From positions 25,429 through 89,428 of the forward strand of contig DAIENX010000002.1 in the NCBI GenBank assembly GCA_027340875.1: a stretch of DNA of 64,000 nucleotides, in the 5' to 3' direction. Positions within the stretch are counted from its first letter, which is position 1; every line of letters starts with the position of its first letter. The position numbers and the translations under genes were made by a program. Below the pieces are notes generated by a model, which saw nothing but the letters and a program-made list of their open reading frames with translations, ran no database searches and was not told where the DNA came from. Positions 31,784-40,188 of the stretch are shown here, in pieces. This DNA comes from Elusimicrobiota bacterium (lineage in GTDB: Bacteria; Elusimicrobiota; Elusimicrobia; Elusimicrobiales; UBA9959).

Positions 31784-32331
31784 TTTCTCTCCAGTAGGCT
31801 GATCTTCCAGGCCTGCAGGGCTATGACCGTCTTCGAGTCGCGTATCTTGCCGGTCCTGACCATGCGCCAGGCTTTTTTGAAAGGGATGGTCTCGAGCGTG
31901 AGGAACTCGTCCTCGTCGGGCTCGGGCTTGCCGCCGGCGAGGCCGGTGGCGAAATAGATGTGCAGCACCTCGGTGGAGAAGGCGGGGGTGGGCCAGTAGG
32001 AGAGGATGCGGTATATCTTCTTCGCGGTGTAGCCGGTCTCTTCCTTGAGCTCCGCCTTCACGCGCGCGAGCGGGCTGTCCTTGGCCGAATGGAGCTTGCC
32101 TGCCGGTATCTCCAGCGTGACCTGGCCTACCGGGTAGCGGAACTGGCGGACGAAGACTATGCGGCCGTCGGAGAGCACCGGCAGCACGGCGACCGCGCCC
32201 GGGTGGTCGACGAACTCGCGGGTGGCTTTTTTCCCGTTCGGTATGGTTACGGTATCCGCGCGGAAATTTACGGTGCCGGAAAAGATAAGCCGCTTCTTAT
32301 GCCTTTTCTCGGTATAAGGATGAACGGCCAT
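31780..32331 (-). CDS. NUDIX hydrolase (ADP-ribose pyrophosphatase-like)
   Basis: Start at MAVHPYT (Met79 of ORF 31780..32565). Nudix box GKLHSAKDSPLARVKAELKEETG. ATGA overlap with the tkt start. Confidence 0.75.
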   Translation of the reverse strand: MAVHPYTEKRHKKRLIFSGTVNFRADTVTIPNGKKATREFVDHPGAVAVLPVLSDGRIVFVRQFRYPVGQVTLEIPAGKLHSAKDSPLARVKAELKEETGYTAKKIYRILSYWPTPAFSTEVLHIYFATGLAGGKPEPDEDEFLTLETIPFKKAWRMVRTGKIRDSKTVIALQAWKISLLERK

Positions 32332-32442
32332 ATAACGATTATATAAATTCCGTAACCCCCGCGCCTTGACCAAAGTTCCGTGTCGCTCATCAGCGGTCAA
32401 ATCTTGGAGAGTGAGAGACAAAGACAGATATGTTTTGAGAAG

Positions 32443-32471
32443 CCGCCGTGGAGCCCCGGCGGTTTTGTTTT
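32443..32471 (+). terminator. intrinsic-terminator-like hairpin inside a divergent intergenic region (possible 3' end of a small RNA)
   Basis: Stem CCGCCG / CGGCGG (32443-48 and 32457-62), 8-nt loop, then TTTTGTTTT. Confidence 0.4.
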
Positions 32472-32563
32472 CAGGGGAGATCGATGGCGGCGCGCACGGT
32501 GTGCGCGACCGCGTGCCTGAAGACCCGATACCACGCCAGCGCCGTTCCAGGCGGGGATTTCCC

Positions 32564-32588
32564 ATAGGTCCTATTTTATTTATATAAT
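32564..32588 (+). promoter_or_regulatory. ATAGGTCCTAT palindrome followed by a TATAAT box upstream of dnaE
   Basis: The palindrome is at 32564-32574. TATAAT is at 32583-32588, 8 nt downstream. The 11-mer is the same one seen at 10933-10943. Confidence 0.35.
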
Positions 32589-32594
32589 TAAAGT

Positions 32595-32629
32595 CCGCGG
32601 TCAGGGAAACCGCGGGTTTTTCGTTTTCA
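32595..32629 (+). terminator. terminator- or attenuator-like hairpin in the dnaE leader
   Basis: CCGCGG (32595-32600) pairs with CCGCGG (32610-32615) across a 9-nt loop, then GTTTTTCGTTTTC. It ends about 10 nt before ATG 32640. Confidence 0.35.
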
Positions 32630-32639
32630 AATATCTGTA

Positions 32640-34706
32640 ATGGCTCCGGAATTCATTCACCTCCATAACCACTCCGAGTACTCGCTGCTCGACGGGATGC
32701 TGCGCATCTCCGACGGTCACGGCGGCCCCTCTGAATTCCTGAAGGGTCTCGCCGCCCAGCCCGGCAACGCCTTCGCTCTGACCGACCACGGCAACATGTA
32801 CGGCGCGATGGAGTTCTATTTCATAGCCCAGAGCCTGGGGCTCAAGCCCATCGTCGGCTGCGAATGCTACATCGCCCGCGGCTCGCGCAAGGACAAGGAG
32901 AAGGGGACCACCCGCCGCGACAACGGCCACATGACCGTGCTCGCGAAGAACGAGACAGGCTACAAGAATCTGATGAAGATGGTCTCCGCCTCGTTCATCG
33001 AAGGCTTCTACCACGATCCCCGCATAGACGAGGAGCTGCTCGAGAAGCACAAGGAAGGCCTCGTCTGCCTCTCCGGCTGCCTGAAGTCGCACGTAGCGCG
33101 CAATTGCGCCGAGGGCAAGATCGACGAGGCGGTCAAGCTCGCCTCCCGCTATAACGACATCCTCGGCAAGGGCAACTTCTACCTGGAACTGATGGACCAC
33201 AACATCCCCGAGGAGCAGGCGGCCATGGCCGGTCTCCTCGAGACGGCCAAACGCACCGGGATACCTCTCGTCGCCACCAACGACTGTCATTACCAGAAGA
33301 AAGAGGACTGGGAGGCGCACGACGCCCATATCTGCATCTCCACCGGCGCGCTGATGGATGACCCGGACCGCATGCGCATGACCACGCATGAACTCTATTA
33401 CAAGTCCCCGGCGGAGATGATAAAGCTCTTCTCGCATACCCCGGAGGCCGTGAAGAACACCCTCGTCATAGCCGACATGTGCAACCTCAAGGTGGACAAC
33501 AGCAAGCTGCACCTGCCCGCCTTCGACATTCCCGCCGAGTACAAGGCCAAATACGGCGACGAGGGGGACTTCCACTATCTGAAGGACCTTTGCGAAGAAG
33601 GCCTGCGCAAGAAGGTGCCTAACGCCGGGGAGGAGTACCGGAAGCGTCTCGAGTTCGAGCTGGATACCATCAAGAAGATGGGCTTCTCCAGCTACTTCCT
33701 GATAGTGATGGACTTCATCAGGCACGGCCGCAGCGTAGGCGTTCCCGTGGGCCCGGGCCGCGGCTCCGGCGCCGGCGCGCTGGTCGCCTACACGCTGGAC
33801 ATCACGCGGGTAGATCCGCTGCCCAACTCCCTGCTGTTCGAGCGTTTCCTCAACCCGGGCCGCAAGAGCATGCCAGACCTGGACATCGACTTTTCCGACG
33901 AGGGCCGCGAGCGGGTGGTGCAGTACGTGCGCGAGAAGTACGGCTCCTCGCGCGTGGCGAACATTATCACCTACGGCACCATCAAGGCCAAGAGCGCCAT
34001 TCGGGACGTCGGCCGCGTGATGGGCATACCGCTCGCCGACGTCAACGCGATAGCCAAACTGATCCCCGGCGACCCGAAGGCCACCCTCTTCAAGTCCATC
34101 AACGACAGCAGCGAGTTGAAGGGCTTCATGCGGGACCCGAAGCTCAAGAAGATGTTCGACATCGCGATGAAGGTGGAGGGCCTGCGCCGGCACACCGGAG
34201 TGCACGCCGCGGGCGTCGTCATTTCCAAGGACGACGTGACCGACTACGTCCCGCTCGCCAACCGCAACACCAAGGAGATCATCACCACGCAGTACGACGG
34301 CAACATGCTGGGCTCGCTCGGCATGCTGAAGGTGGACTTCCTCGGCCTGCGCACGCTTTCGGTCATTGAGACCGCCTCCGAGTTCATACGCACGCTGCCC
34401 GGCAAGTCGGATTTTGACATATATTCCATCCCGATGGACGACAAGGCCACGTTCGACCTGCTCTGCGAGGGCCGGACCACCGGCGTGTTCCAGCTGGAAA
34501 GCGAGGGCATGAAGAAGCTGGTCAAGGGTCTAAAACCCACGGTCTTCAGCGACATCGCGGCCCTCGTGGCGCTATACCGCCCCGGCCCGATAGAGAGCGG
34601 CATGCTCGAGATGTTCGTCGAGCGCAAGCACGGCCGCAAGAGGATCGTCTACGACCACCCGCTGCTCGAGCCCATCCTGAAGGACACCTACGGTACGATG
34701 GTGTAA
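32640..34706 (+). CDS. dnaE: DNA polymerase III alpha subunit, N-terminal 688-aa fragment (ends at an in-frame TAA)
   Basis: PHP domain (HLHNHSEYSLLDG) and polymerase core (GPGRGSGAGALVAY, DIDF). The ORF stops at ..LKDTYGTMV*, where the conserved YQEQVM motif begins. Confidence 0.9.
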   Translation: MAPEFIHLHNHSEYSLLDGMLRISDGHGGPSEFLKGLAAQPGNAFALTDHGNMYGAMEFYFIAQSLGLKPIVGCECYIARGSRKDKEKGTTRRDNGHMTVLAKNETGYKNLMKMVSASFIEGFYHDPRIDEELLEKHKEGLVCLSGCLKSHVARNCAEGKIDEAVKLASRYNDILGKGNFYLELMDHNIPEEQAAMAGLLETAKRTGIPLVATNDCHYQKKEDWEAHDAHICISTGALMDDPDRMRMTTHELYYKSPAEMIKLFSHTPEAVKNTLVIADMCNLKVDNSKLHLPAFDIPAEYKAKYGDEGDFHYLKDLCEEGLRKKVPNAGEEYRKRLEFELDTIKKMGFSSYFLIVMDFIRHGRSVGVPVGPGRGSGAGALVAYTLDITRVDPLPNSLLFERFLNPGRKSMPDLDIDFSDEGRERVVQYVREKYGSSRVANIITYGTIKAKSAIRDVGRVMGIPLADVNAIAKLIPGDPKATLFKSINDSSELKGFMRDPKLKKMFDIAMKVEGLRRHTGVHAAGVVISKDDVTDYVPLANRNTKEIITTQYDGNMLGSLGMLKVDFLGLRTLSVIETASEFIRTLPGKSDFDIYSIPMDDKATFDLLCEGRTTGVFQLESEGMKKLVKGLKPTVFSDIAALVALYRPGPIESGMLEMFVERKHGRKRIVYDHPLLEPILKDTYGTMV

Positions 34707-34715
34707 CAGGAACAG

Positions 34716-36152
34716 GTGATGGAGATAGCCAAGAGCATGGCCAAGTTCACTCCGAGCGAGGCCGACGACTTCCGCAAGGCGATGGGCAAGAAGAAACTGG
34801 ACGTGATGGAGAAGCTGCGCGAGAAGTTCATCAGGCAGTCCAAGGAGCACCACGACGTCCCGAACAAGCTCTCCGCCAAGATATTCGACGACATGGCCAA
34901 GTTCGCGGGCTACGGCTTCAATAAGTCCCATTCCGTAGCCTATGCCCTGGTGGCCTACCAGACCGCGTGGCTGAAGGCCAACTACCCCACCGAGTTCATG
35001 GCCGCGCTGCTGACCAGCGAGATCGGCCACAGCCCTATCGGCTCCGAGGACAAGGAGAACAAGCTGGTGACCTATATCGGAGAGGCCCAGGACATGGAGA
35101 TAGGGATCCTGGGGCCGAGCGTGAACCGCTCCCAAAAGCGCTTTTCCATAGAGCCCCATAACGGCAAGCCCGCCATCCGCTTCGCGCTGACCGCGGTGAA
35201 GAACGTAGGTGAGGGCGTCGTGGAGGCTATGGTGGCCGAGCGCGCCAAGAACGGCCCGTTCCGCTCTTTCGAGGAGTTCACGCTGCGGGCGGATTCCAAG
35301 CAGCTCAACAAGCGCGTGCTGGAATCCCTGGCCAAGGGCGGCGCCTTCGACTGCTTCTACCCGGCCGAGAAGGCCGAGATCTCGCGGACGAAGGCGATGG
35401 AGGCCTACGAGTCCTTCTGCGGCGGCAAGGGCTCTTACGACTGCAACCAGACCATGCTGTTCGCGGAAGAGAAGAAGGAAGCGCCCGTGATGAACGAACA
35501 CACGCTGCTGAAGAACGAGCGCGAGGTGCTGGGCTTCTATTTCTCCGGCCACCCGCTGAACAGCTACCGCCGCCATCTGGCCATGGTCTCGAACGCCCCG
35601 GTGGAGAAGGTGCTGGCCGGCGCTTTCGCCGAAGGGGCGGTCGTGCGCGTGGCCGGCATCGTGGCCCAGTTCAAGAGCATGCAGACCAAGAAGACCGGCG
35701 AGCCGATGGCCAAGTTCGAGGTGGAGGACCTGACCGGGAACCTCGGCGTCTGCCTGTTCCCCAAGAAGTACAAGGTCTACGGTCCGCAGCTCGGACCCAA
35801 CAAGGTCGTAGTGGTCGCCGGCAAGGTGCAGAAATCTGATTTCGGTGAGCAGAATTACGAGCTGATAGCAGAGGAGGCCTACAGCCTCTTCGACGCGATG
35901 AACAAGTGGGCCAGGGGGCTGGTGGTCAAGCTGCCGGAAGGCATACTCTTCGACGAAAAGCAGCTGCACGAGCTCAAGACGCTGCTCGGGCGCAACCACG
36001 GCATGTGCCCGGTCTATTTCCAGGTGGACGCCAAGGGGCGCGGCACCTACCTGATAGAGACGACGGAGCGGGTGGAGCTCGGCGACGAGCTTCTGAGGGA
36101 GATAGAGAGGCTGCTCGGAGACAAGACATGGAAAGTGGAAAGCGGATCCTGA
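34716..36152 (+). CDS. dnaE: DNA polymerase III alpha subunit, C-terminal 478-aa fragment (same frame as 32640..34706)
   Basis: 34716-32640 is a multiple of 3. The fragment continues as (QEQV)MEIAKSMAKFTPSEADDFRKAMGKKK, GYGFNKSHSVAYA and an OB-fold region. Confidence 0.9.
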   Translation: MMEIAKSMAKFTPSEADDFRKAMGKKKLDVMEKLREKFIRQSKEHHDVPNKLSAKIFDDMAKFAGYGFNKSHSVAYALVAYQTAWLKANYPTEFMAALLTSEIGHSPIGSEDKENKLVTYIGEAQDMEIGILGPSVNRSQKRFSIEPHNGKPAIRFALTAVKNVGEGVVEAMVAERAKNGPFRSFEEFTLRADSKQLNKRVLESLAKGGAFDCFYPAEKAEISRTKAMEAYESFCGGKGSYDCNQTMLFAEEKKEAPVMNEHTLLKNEREVLGFYFSGHPLNSYRRHLAMVSNAPVEKVLAGAFAEGAVVRVAGIVAQFKSMQTKKTGEPMAKFEVEDLTGNLGVCLFPKKYKVYGPQLGPNKVVVVAGKVQKSDFGEQNYELIAEEAYSLFDAMNKWARGLVVKLPEGILFDEKQLHELKTLLGRNHGMCPVYFQVDAKGRGTYLIETTERVELGDELLREIERLLGDKTWKVESGS

Positions 36153-36502
36153 TAGCCGACGACGACCCGGACCTGATAGACCTGCTGGAAACCTACTTCC
36201 GCAGGCAGGGCTTCGACGTTACCGCCAAGGTCAACGGTAAGGACGCGCTGCAGGCGGCCGAGTCCGACAGGTTCGACCTTGTGCTGCTGGACGTGATGAT
36301 GCCGTATATAGACGGCTACCACGTGGCCAGCGAGATCTCCTCCCGACTCGGGACCAACGCGCCCAAGATCATCATAATGACCTCGAGGGACACTTCGAGC
36401 GAGCGCGGCATCGCCCTGCTGAGCGGCGCCAACGAGATAGTGCAGAAGCCCTTCTCGCTGGAGGACATGGACGCCAAGGTGAAGGCCGTGCTCGGGACGT
36501 GA
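36128..36502 (+). CDS. stand-alone response regulator receiver (CheY-like)
   Basis: Start at MESGKRILIADDD (Met75 of ORF 35906..36502). Contains DLVLLDVMMP and an IIMTS...KPF pattern. Overlaps the dnaE 3' end by 25 nt. Confidence 0.75.
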   Translation: MESGKRILIADDDPDLIDLLETYFRRQGFDVTAKVNGKDALQAAESDRFDLVLLDVMMPYIDGYHVASEISSRLGTNAPKIIIMTSRDTSSERGIALLSGANEIVQKPFSLEDMDAKVKAVLGT

Positions 36503-36536
36503 CCCGCGGCGCAGAAATAAACTCAAGGAAGGTAAG

Positions 36537-37280
36537 ATGAAAAAACTCAACCTCGTACTGGCCATGCTCCTCGTCCTGCCGGCGCTCGCCGCCGCGAAGG
36601 ACGACGGCGGGGAAGCTGTCGTCCTCCCGGACACGGAGATGATAGACATCCCGACCGCCGGCATACTGGACTACTACGGCTTCATGCTGAAGACCCGTTT
36701 CTACTCCGCCGGCGGGGTGCTCGGCGGGATCAACTTCGGCGTGCAGGAGCGGCTGAACCTGGGCGCCTCGATGCTGGTGGACAGGCTGGTCGGCTCGGAT
36801 TCCCCTATTAAGATGCGCCGTCCCGAGATCCGCGTCAAGTTCCGCTTCTCCGACGGCGGCTATTACATCCCGGCCATGGCCGTAGGTTACGACGGACAGG
36901 GCTACTACTACGACCCGGCGGCCAAGAAGTACCTGGAGAAGGGGCACGGGCTCTACCTGGTGGGCTCCAAGGAAGTGCTCGCCCCAGGCCTGGCCGTGCA
37001 CGGCGGCTTCAACGTCTCGGACTTCGACAAGCAGTACCTGTTCGGCTTCCTGGGCGTAAACTACACGCTGGAGGACAAGGTGGCCTTCATGGTGGAGGAG
37101 GACAACCTCTTTCACACTGACGACCCTTCCAGGCTCAACATCGGCACGCGCCTCTACGTTACGCCCTACTTCCAGCTGGACTTCGGCGTGCGCGAGATAA
37201 ACCGCAGCGGGCGCTACTCCAACGGTCTCAAGCGCCGCGCGGAGCGCATAGTGCAGATGCGCTATAACACCAGTTTCTGA
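36537..37280 (+). CDS. hypothetical outer-membrane beta-barrel protein
   Basis: 247 aa. Signal peptide MKKLNLVLAMLLVLPALAAA. Alternating aromatic and hydrophobic strands. C-terminal ..RYNTSF. Confidence 0.55.
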   Translation: MKKLNLVLAMLLVLPALAAAKDDGGEAVVLPDTEMIDIPTAGILDYYGFMLKTRFYSAGGVLGGINFGVQERLNLGASMLVDRLVGSDSPIKMRRPEIRVKFRFSDGGYYIPAMAVGYDGQGYYYDPAAKKYLEKGHGLYLVGSKEVLAPGLAVHGGFNVSDFDKQYLFGFLGVNYTLEDKVAFMVEEDNLFHTDDPSRLNIGTRLYVTPYFQLDFGVREINRSGRYSNGLKRRAERIVQMRYNTSF

Positions 37281-37312
37281 CCTTATCCGGACTTATTACC
37301 AAGGAGACGAAA

Positions 37313-38347
37313 ATGAGCAAGAAAATAGCTATCCTTACCGGCGGCGGGGACTGCCCCGGCCTGAACCCGGCCATAAAGGGCTGCGTCTGGGCGGCGGAGA
37401 AGTTCGGGTTCGAATGCATAGGCCTCAACGACGGCTGGAAGGGCCTGGTGGACGGCCTGACCACGCCGCTGAACCGCGAACTGACCGAGTACGCGATAAC
37501 CCAGGGCGGCACGATGCTCGGAACCTCCCGTACCAACCCCTTCAAGAACGAGGATAACGTAAAGAAGTGTCTGGACACGTTCAAAAAGCTGGACCTGCAC
37601 GCGCTGGTCGCGATGGGCGGCGAGGACACCCTTGGCGTGGCCACCCGCTTCTACAGGGACCACGAGCTCAACGTGGTCGGCGTGCCTAAGACGATGGACA
37701 ACGACCTGAACGCCACCGACTATACTTTCGGCTTCGACACTTCCGTTACCAAGGCGATGGAGGCCGCCGCCTCCCTGATGGATACCGGCCGCAGCCACCG
37801 GCGCGTGATGGTGCTCGAGGTCATGGGCCGCCATGCCGGCTGGGTGGCGTTGTTCACCGCCATCGCGGCCGCGGCCGACTTCGTCTGTATCCCGGAGAGA
37901 ACGATAGACACGGAGGCCATGCTGAAGAAGATCAGGGGCTCCTACGCCCGCAAGAGGTTCGCGCTGGTGGTCACCAGCGAGGCTTCCGAACTGCCGGCGG
38001 TCGGAGAGGGCGAGCAGAAGCGCGAGCTCGACCAGTTCGGCCACGTGATCCTCAAGGACCGCGGCATGGGCGAGCGCATAGCCTCATTCATAGAGAAGAA
38101 CACCGGCCTGGAGACCCGCTCGGCGGTGATAGGCCACATGCAGCGCGGCGGCGCGCCCACGCTGTTCGACCGCATGCTCGGAGTGCGCGTCGGCGTCAAG
38201 GCGGCCGAGTTGGTGCGCGACGGCAAGTTCGGCCAGATGTCCGCCCTGGTGGGCAATCAGATAGTCGGCGTGCCGCTGGAAAAGGCCACCGGAGAGCTCA
38301 AGACCGTCTCCAAGGACTGGGACGAGCTCATGACGGTGTTGTTCTAG
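37313..38347 (+). CDS. pfp: 6-phosphofructokinase, probably pyrophosphate-dependent
   Basis: 344 aa with TGGGDCPGLN. MGGEDT has Asp at the E. coli Gly104 position and PKTMDND has Lys at the Gly124 position. Both are signatures reported for PPi-dependent enzymes. Confidence 0.7.
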   Translation: MSKKIAILTGGGDCPGLNPAIKGCVWAAEKFGFECIGLNDGWKGLVDGLTTPLNRELTEYAITQGGTMLGTSRTNPFKNEDNVKKCLDTFKKLDLHALVAMGGEDTLGVATRFYRDHELNVVGVPKTMDNDLNATDYTFGFDTSVTKAMEAAASLMDTGRSHRRVMVLEVMGRHAGWVALFTAIAAAADFVCIPERTIDTEAMLKKIRGSYARKRFALVVTSEASELPAVGEGEQKRELDQFGHVILKDRGMGERIASFIEKNTGLETRSAVIGHMQRGGAPTLFDRMLGVRVGVKAAELVRDGKFGQMSALVGNQIVGVPLEKATGELKTVSKDWDELMTVLF

Positions 38348-38356
38348 GAGAGGGAA

Positions 38357-38899
38357 ATGGAAAACGCTCAAGCCAAGGCGCCGGCCAAGTTCCAGCGCCG
38401 GACGATACTGATAAAGAAGCACCTGCAGTACCGCTACATGTCGCTGATCTTCTTCAGCGTACTGCTGGCGTTCATCGTGGTGGGCCTCGACGTGCTCTGG
38501 ACGGTCTCTAAGGTCGTCAACGAGCATCCGATGATGCAGCCGCTGCTGGACGAGATGGCTCAGATGGTGCCTCTGTTCGCGCTGAAGATAGTGATGTACA
38601 TGGTGATGGTGCTGATAGTCTCGGCCGTCATCTCGCACCGCATGGCCGGCCCCATCTTCAAGTTCGAGAAGAGCTGCTCCACCGTGGCCGACGGCGACCT
38701 GACGCACCGCGTGTACCTGCGCGAGGGCGACCAGCTCACCGAGCTGCAGGACCACTTCAACAACATGACGGGGGCCGTGAACGAGGTGGTCAGGGAGTAC
38801 GAGAAGTTCCGCGGGGAAGCCGCCGCCGGGGGGATGGCCGAGAAGGCCGCCGAGCTGGGCCGCAAGGTCTCGGAGATAATGCCCAAGTTCAAGATATGA
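38357..38899 (+). CDS. two-TM HAMP-domain protein without an output domain
   Basis: 180 aa. Two TM helices, then a HAMP-like segment SHRMAGPIFKFEKSCSTVADGDLTHRVYLREGDQLTELQDHFNNM. Confidence 0.6.
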   Translation: MENAQAKAPAKFQRRTILIKKHLQYRYMSLIFFSVLLAFIVVGLDVLWTVSKVVNEHPMMQPLLDEMAQMVPLFALKIVMYMVMVLIVSAVISHRMAGPIFKFEKSCSTVADGDLTHRVYLREGDQLTELQDHFNNMTGAVNEVVREYEKFRGEAAAGGMAEKAAELGRKVSEIMPKFKI

Positions 38900-40176
38900 C
38901 CCTTCTTCCTGCCGCGCTGGCGCTGGCCCTGGCCGCCGCGCCGGCGCCGGCCTTGGCCGAGGGGAACCCCCTGACCCTGGAAGAGGCCGTCTCGATAGCC
39001 GTCAAGAACAGCCCGGCGGCACTGGCCGCCGAGCAGGACATAATCATCACCCGGCAGCGGGTCAGCGAGGCCAGGTTCATGGCGCTGCCGCAGCTGGCCC
39101 TGTACGGCAGCGTGAGCCGGCTCAACCTGGATTCGCCCGTAGTCTCCGGCGCGGATTCCGGCGGTCCGGTGATCTACCGGGAGTTGGGCGACTACTTCTA
39201 TCAGCTGCGCGCCCAGGCGCTGCAGCCGCTCTATACCGGCGGCAGGAACACCAATGTTCTAAAGCTCGCCAAGACCGCCAACAGCCAGGCCAAGGTCAAT
39301 TTCGAGGCGGCCCGGTCGTCGGCCGCGCTGGAGGCCAAGAGGGCCTTCTATTCCCTGCTCTACCATTCCAGGATAAGAGGAGCCTCCTCTTACTGGCTGG
39401 AGCTGGCATCCAAGCTGTCCTCGGCGATGCGAAAGGACCCATTCGAGGAGATGGAAGCGGCTATGCTCCTGTCTTCGCTCTCGGACCGGCTCGCGGAGGC
39501 TTCGGAGGGGCTGGATAACGCCAAGACGGACCTTCTCAAGGCCCTGAACAGGGAGCCCGGCTTCGACGTAGAGGCCCAGGGCGATTTCAGACCGCTGCCG
39601 GTGGACGCCGACGTCAGCCGCAGCCTCGTTACCGCGATGGAGGCCAGGCCGGAGCTGAAGAGCGAGGTCTACAAGGCCCAGATGGAGGACATCGCCGTGA
39701 ACATGGCGCTGGTGAGGCGCTACCCTACCATTTTCCTTTCCGCCAGCTACGACCTGAGCGCCTACAAGTTCTCCTCTCTCTCGGAAAGTACGGAGCGAAA
39801 CGGCAACTGGCTGGCCTCGGTGGGGATACGATTCCCTCTCTCTTACGATATCTGGACCCAGGTGCAGCAGCGCCGCGCCCAGCAGCGGCAGGGCGAGCTG
39901 AAGAGGGCCGAACTGCAGGACAATATACGCTTCGGGATAATCTCCGCGCATAAGGAGGCGGTCGCCCGCCAGCAGGAGGCCGCGCGCCTTTCCGAAGAGT
40001 TCGAGCGCATGAAAGCGGCTTACGAGACGGCTTCGCGCCCGTCCCGGCCGTCGATGTCCCAGCTGCGCGCCCTCTGCTCGCTCTGCGGTCTGGAGCGCAA
40101 GTACCTGGACGCGGTCTATAAGCAGCTGCTGGCCCGCATACGCCTGGAGTGGGCCCAGGGAAGGGATTTCCAGTAG
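38896..40176 (+). CDS. TolC-family outer membrane efflux protein
   Basis: 426 aa. Signal peptide, LTLEEAVSIAVKNSPAALAAEQD, and a two-repeat coiled-coil/barrel pattern. ATGA overlap with the upstream gene. Confidence 0.7.
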   Translation: MTLLPAALALALAAAPAPALAEGNPLTLEEAVSIAVKNSPAALAAEQDIIITRQRVSEARFMALPQLALYGSVSRLNLDSPVVSGADSGGPVIYRELGDYFYQLRAQALQPLYTGGRNTNVLKLAKTANSQAKVNFEAARSSAALEAKRAFYSLLYHSRIRGASSYWLELASKLSSAMRKDPFEEMEAAMLLSSLSDRLAEASEGLDNAKTDLLKALNREPGFDVEAQGDFRPLPVDADVSRSLVTAMEARPELKSEVYKAQMEDIAVNMALVRRYPTIFLSASYDLSAYKFSSLSESTERNGNWLASVGIRFPLSYDIWTQVQQRRAQQRQGELKRAELQDNIRFGIISAHKEAVARQQEAARLSEEFERMKAAYETASRPSRPSMSQLRALCSLCGLERKYLDAVYKQLLARIRLEWAQGRDFQ

Positions 40177-40188
40177 CCTTCATCCAGC

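Noticed and set aside
32366-32587. 73-aa plus-strand ORF (TTG start) in the NUDIX-dnaE intergenic region
   Set aside because: Arg/Ser/Pro-rich with no SD, and it spans two terminator-like or palindromic elements. It is more likely non-coding and is treated as a candidate sRNA/leader region instead.
34704-34706. Possibility that TAA is reassigned to an amino acid (alternative genetic code)
   Set aside because: TAA terminates hyhS (6351-6353), tlyA (10017-10019) and the lipoprotein gene (10088-10090) at positions giving canonical protein lengths. A global reassignment is therefore not supported; the codon is reported as an isolated in-frame stop.
32601-35999. Two long minus-strand ORFs (534 and 475 aa) opposite dnaE
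   Set aside because: Antisense artefacts. The dnaE signal on the plus strand is unambiguous.
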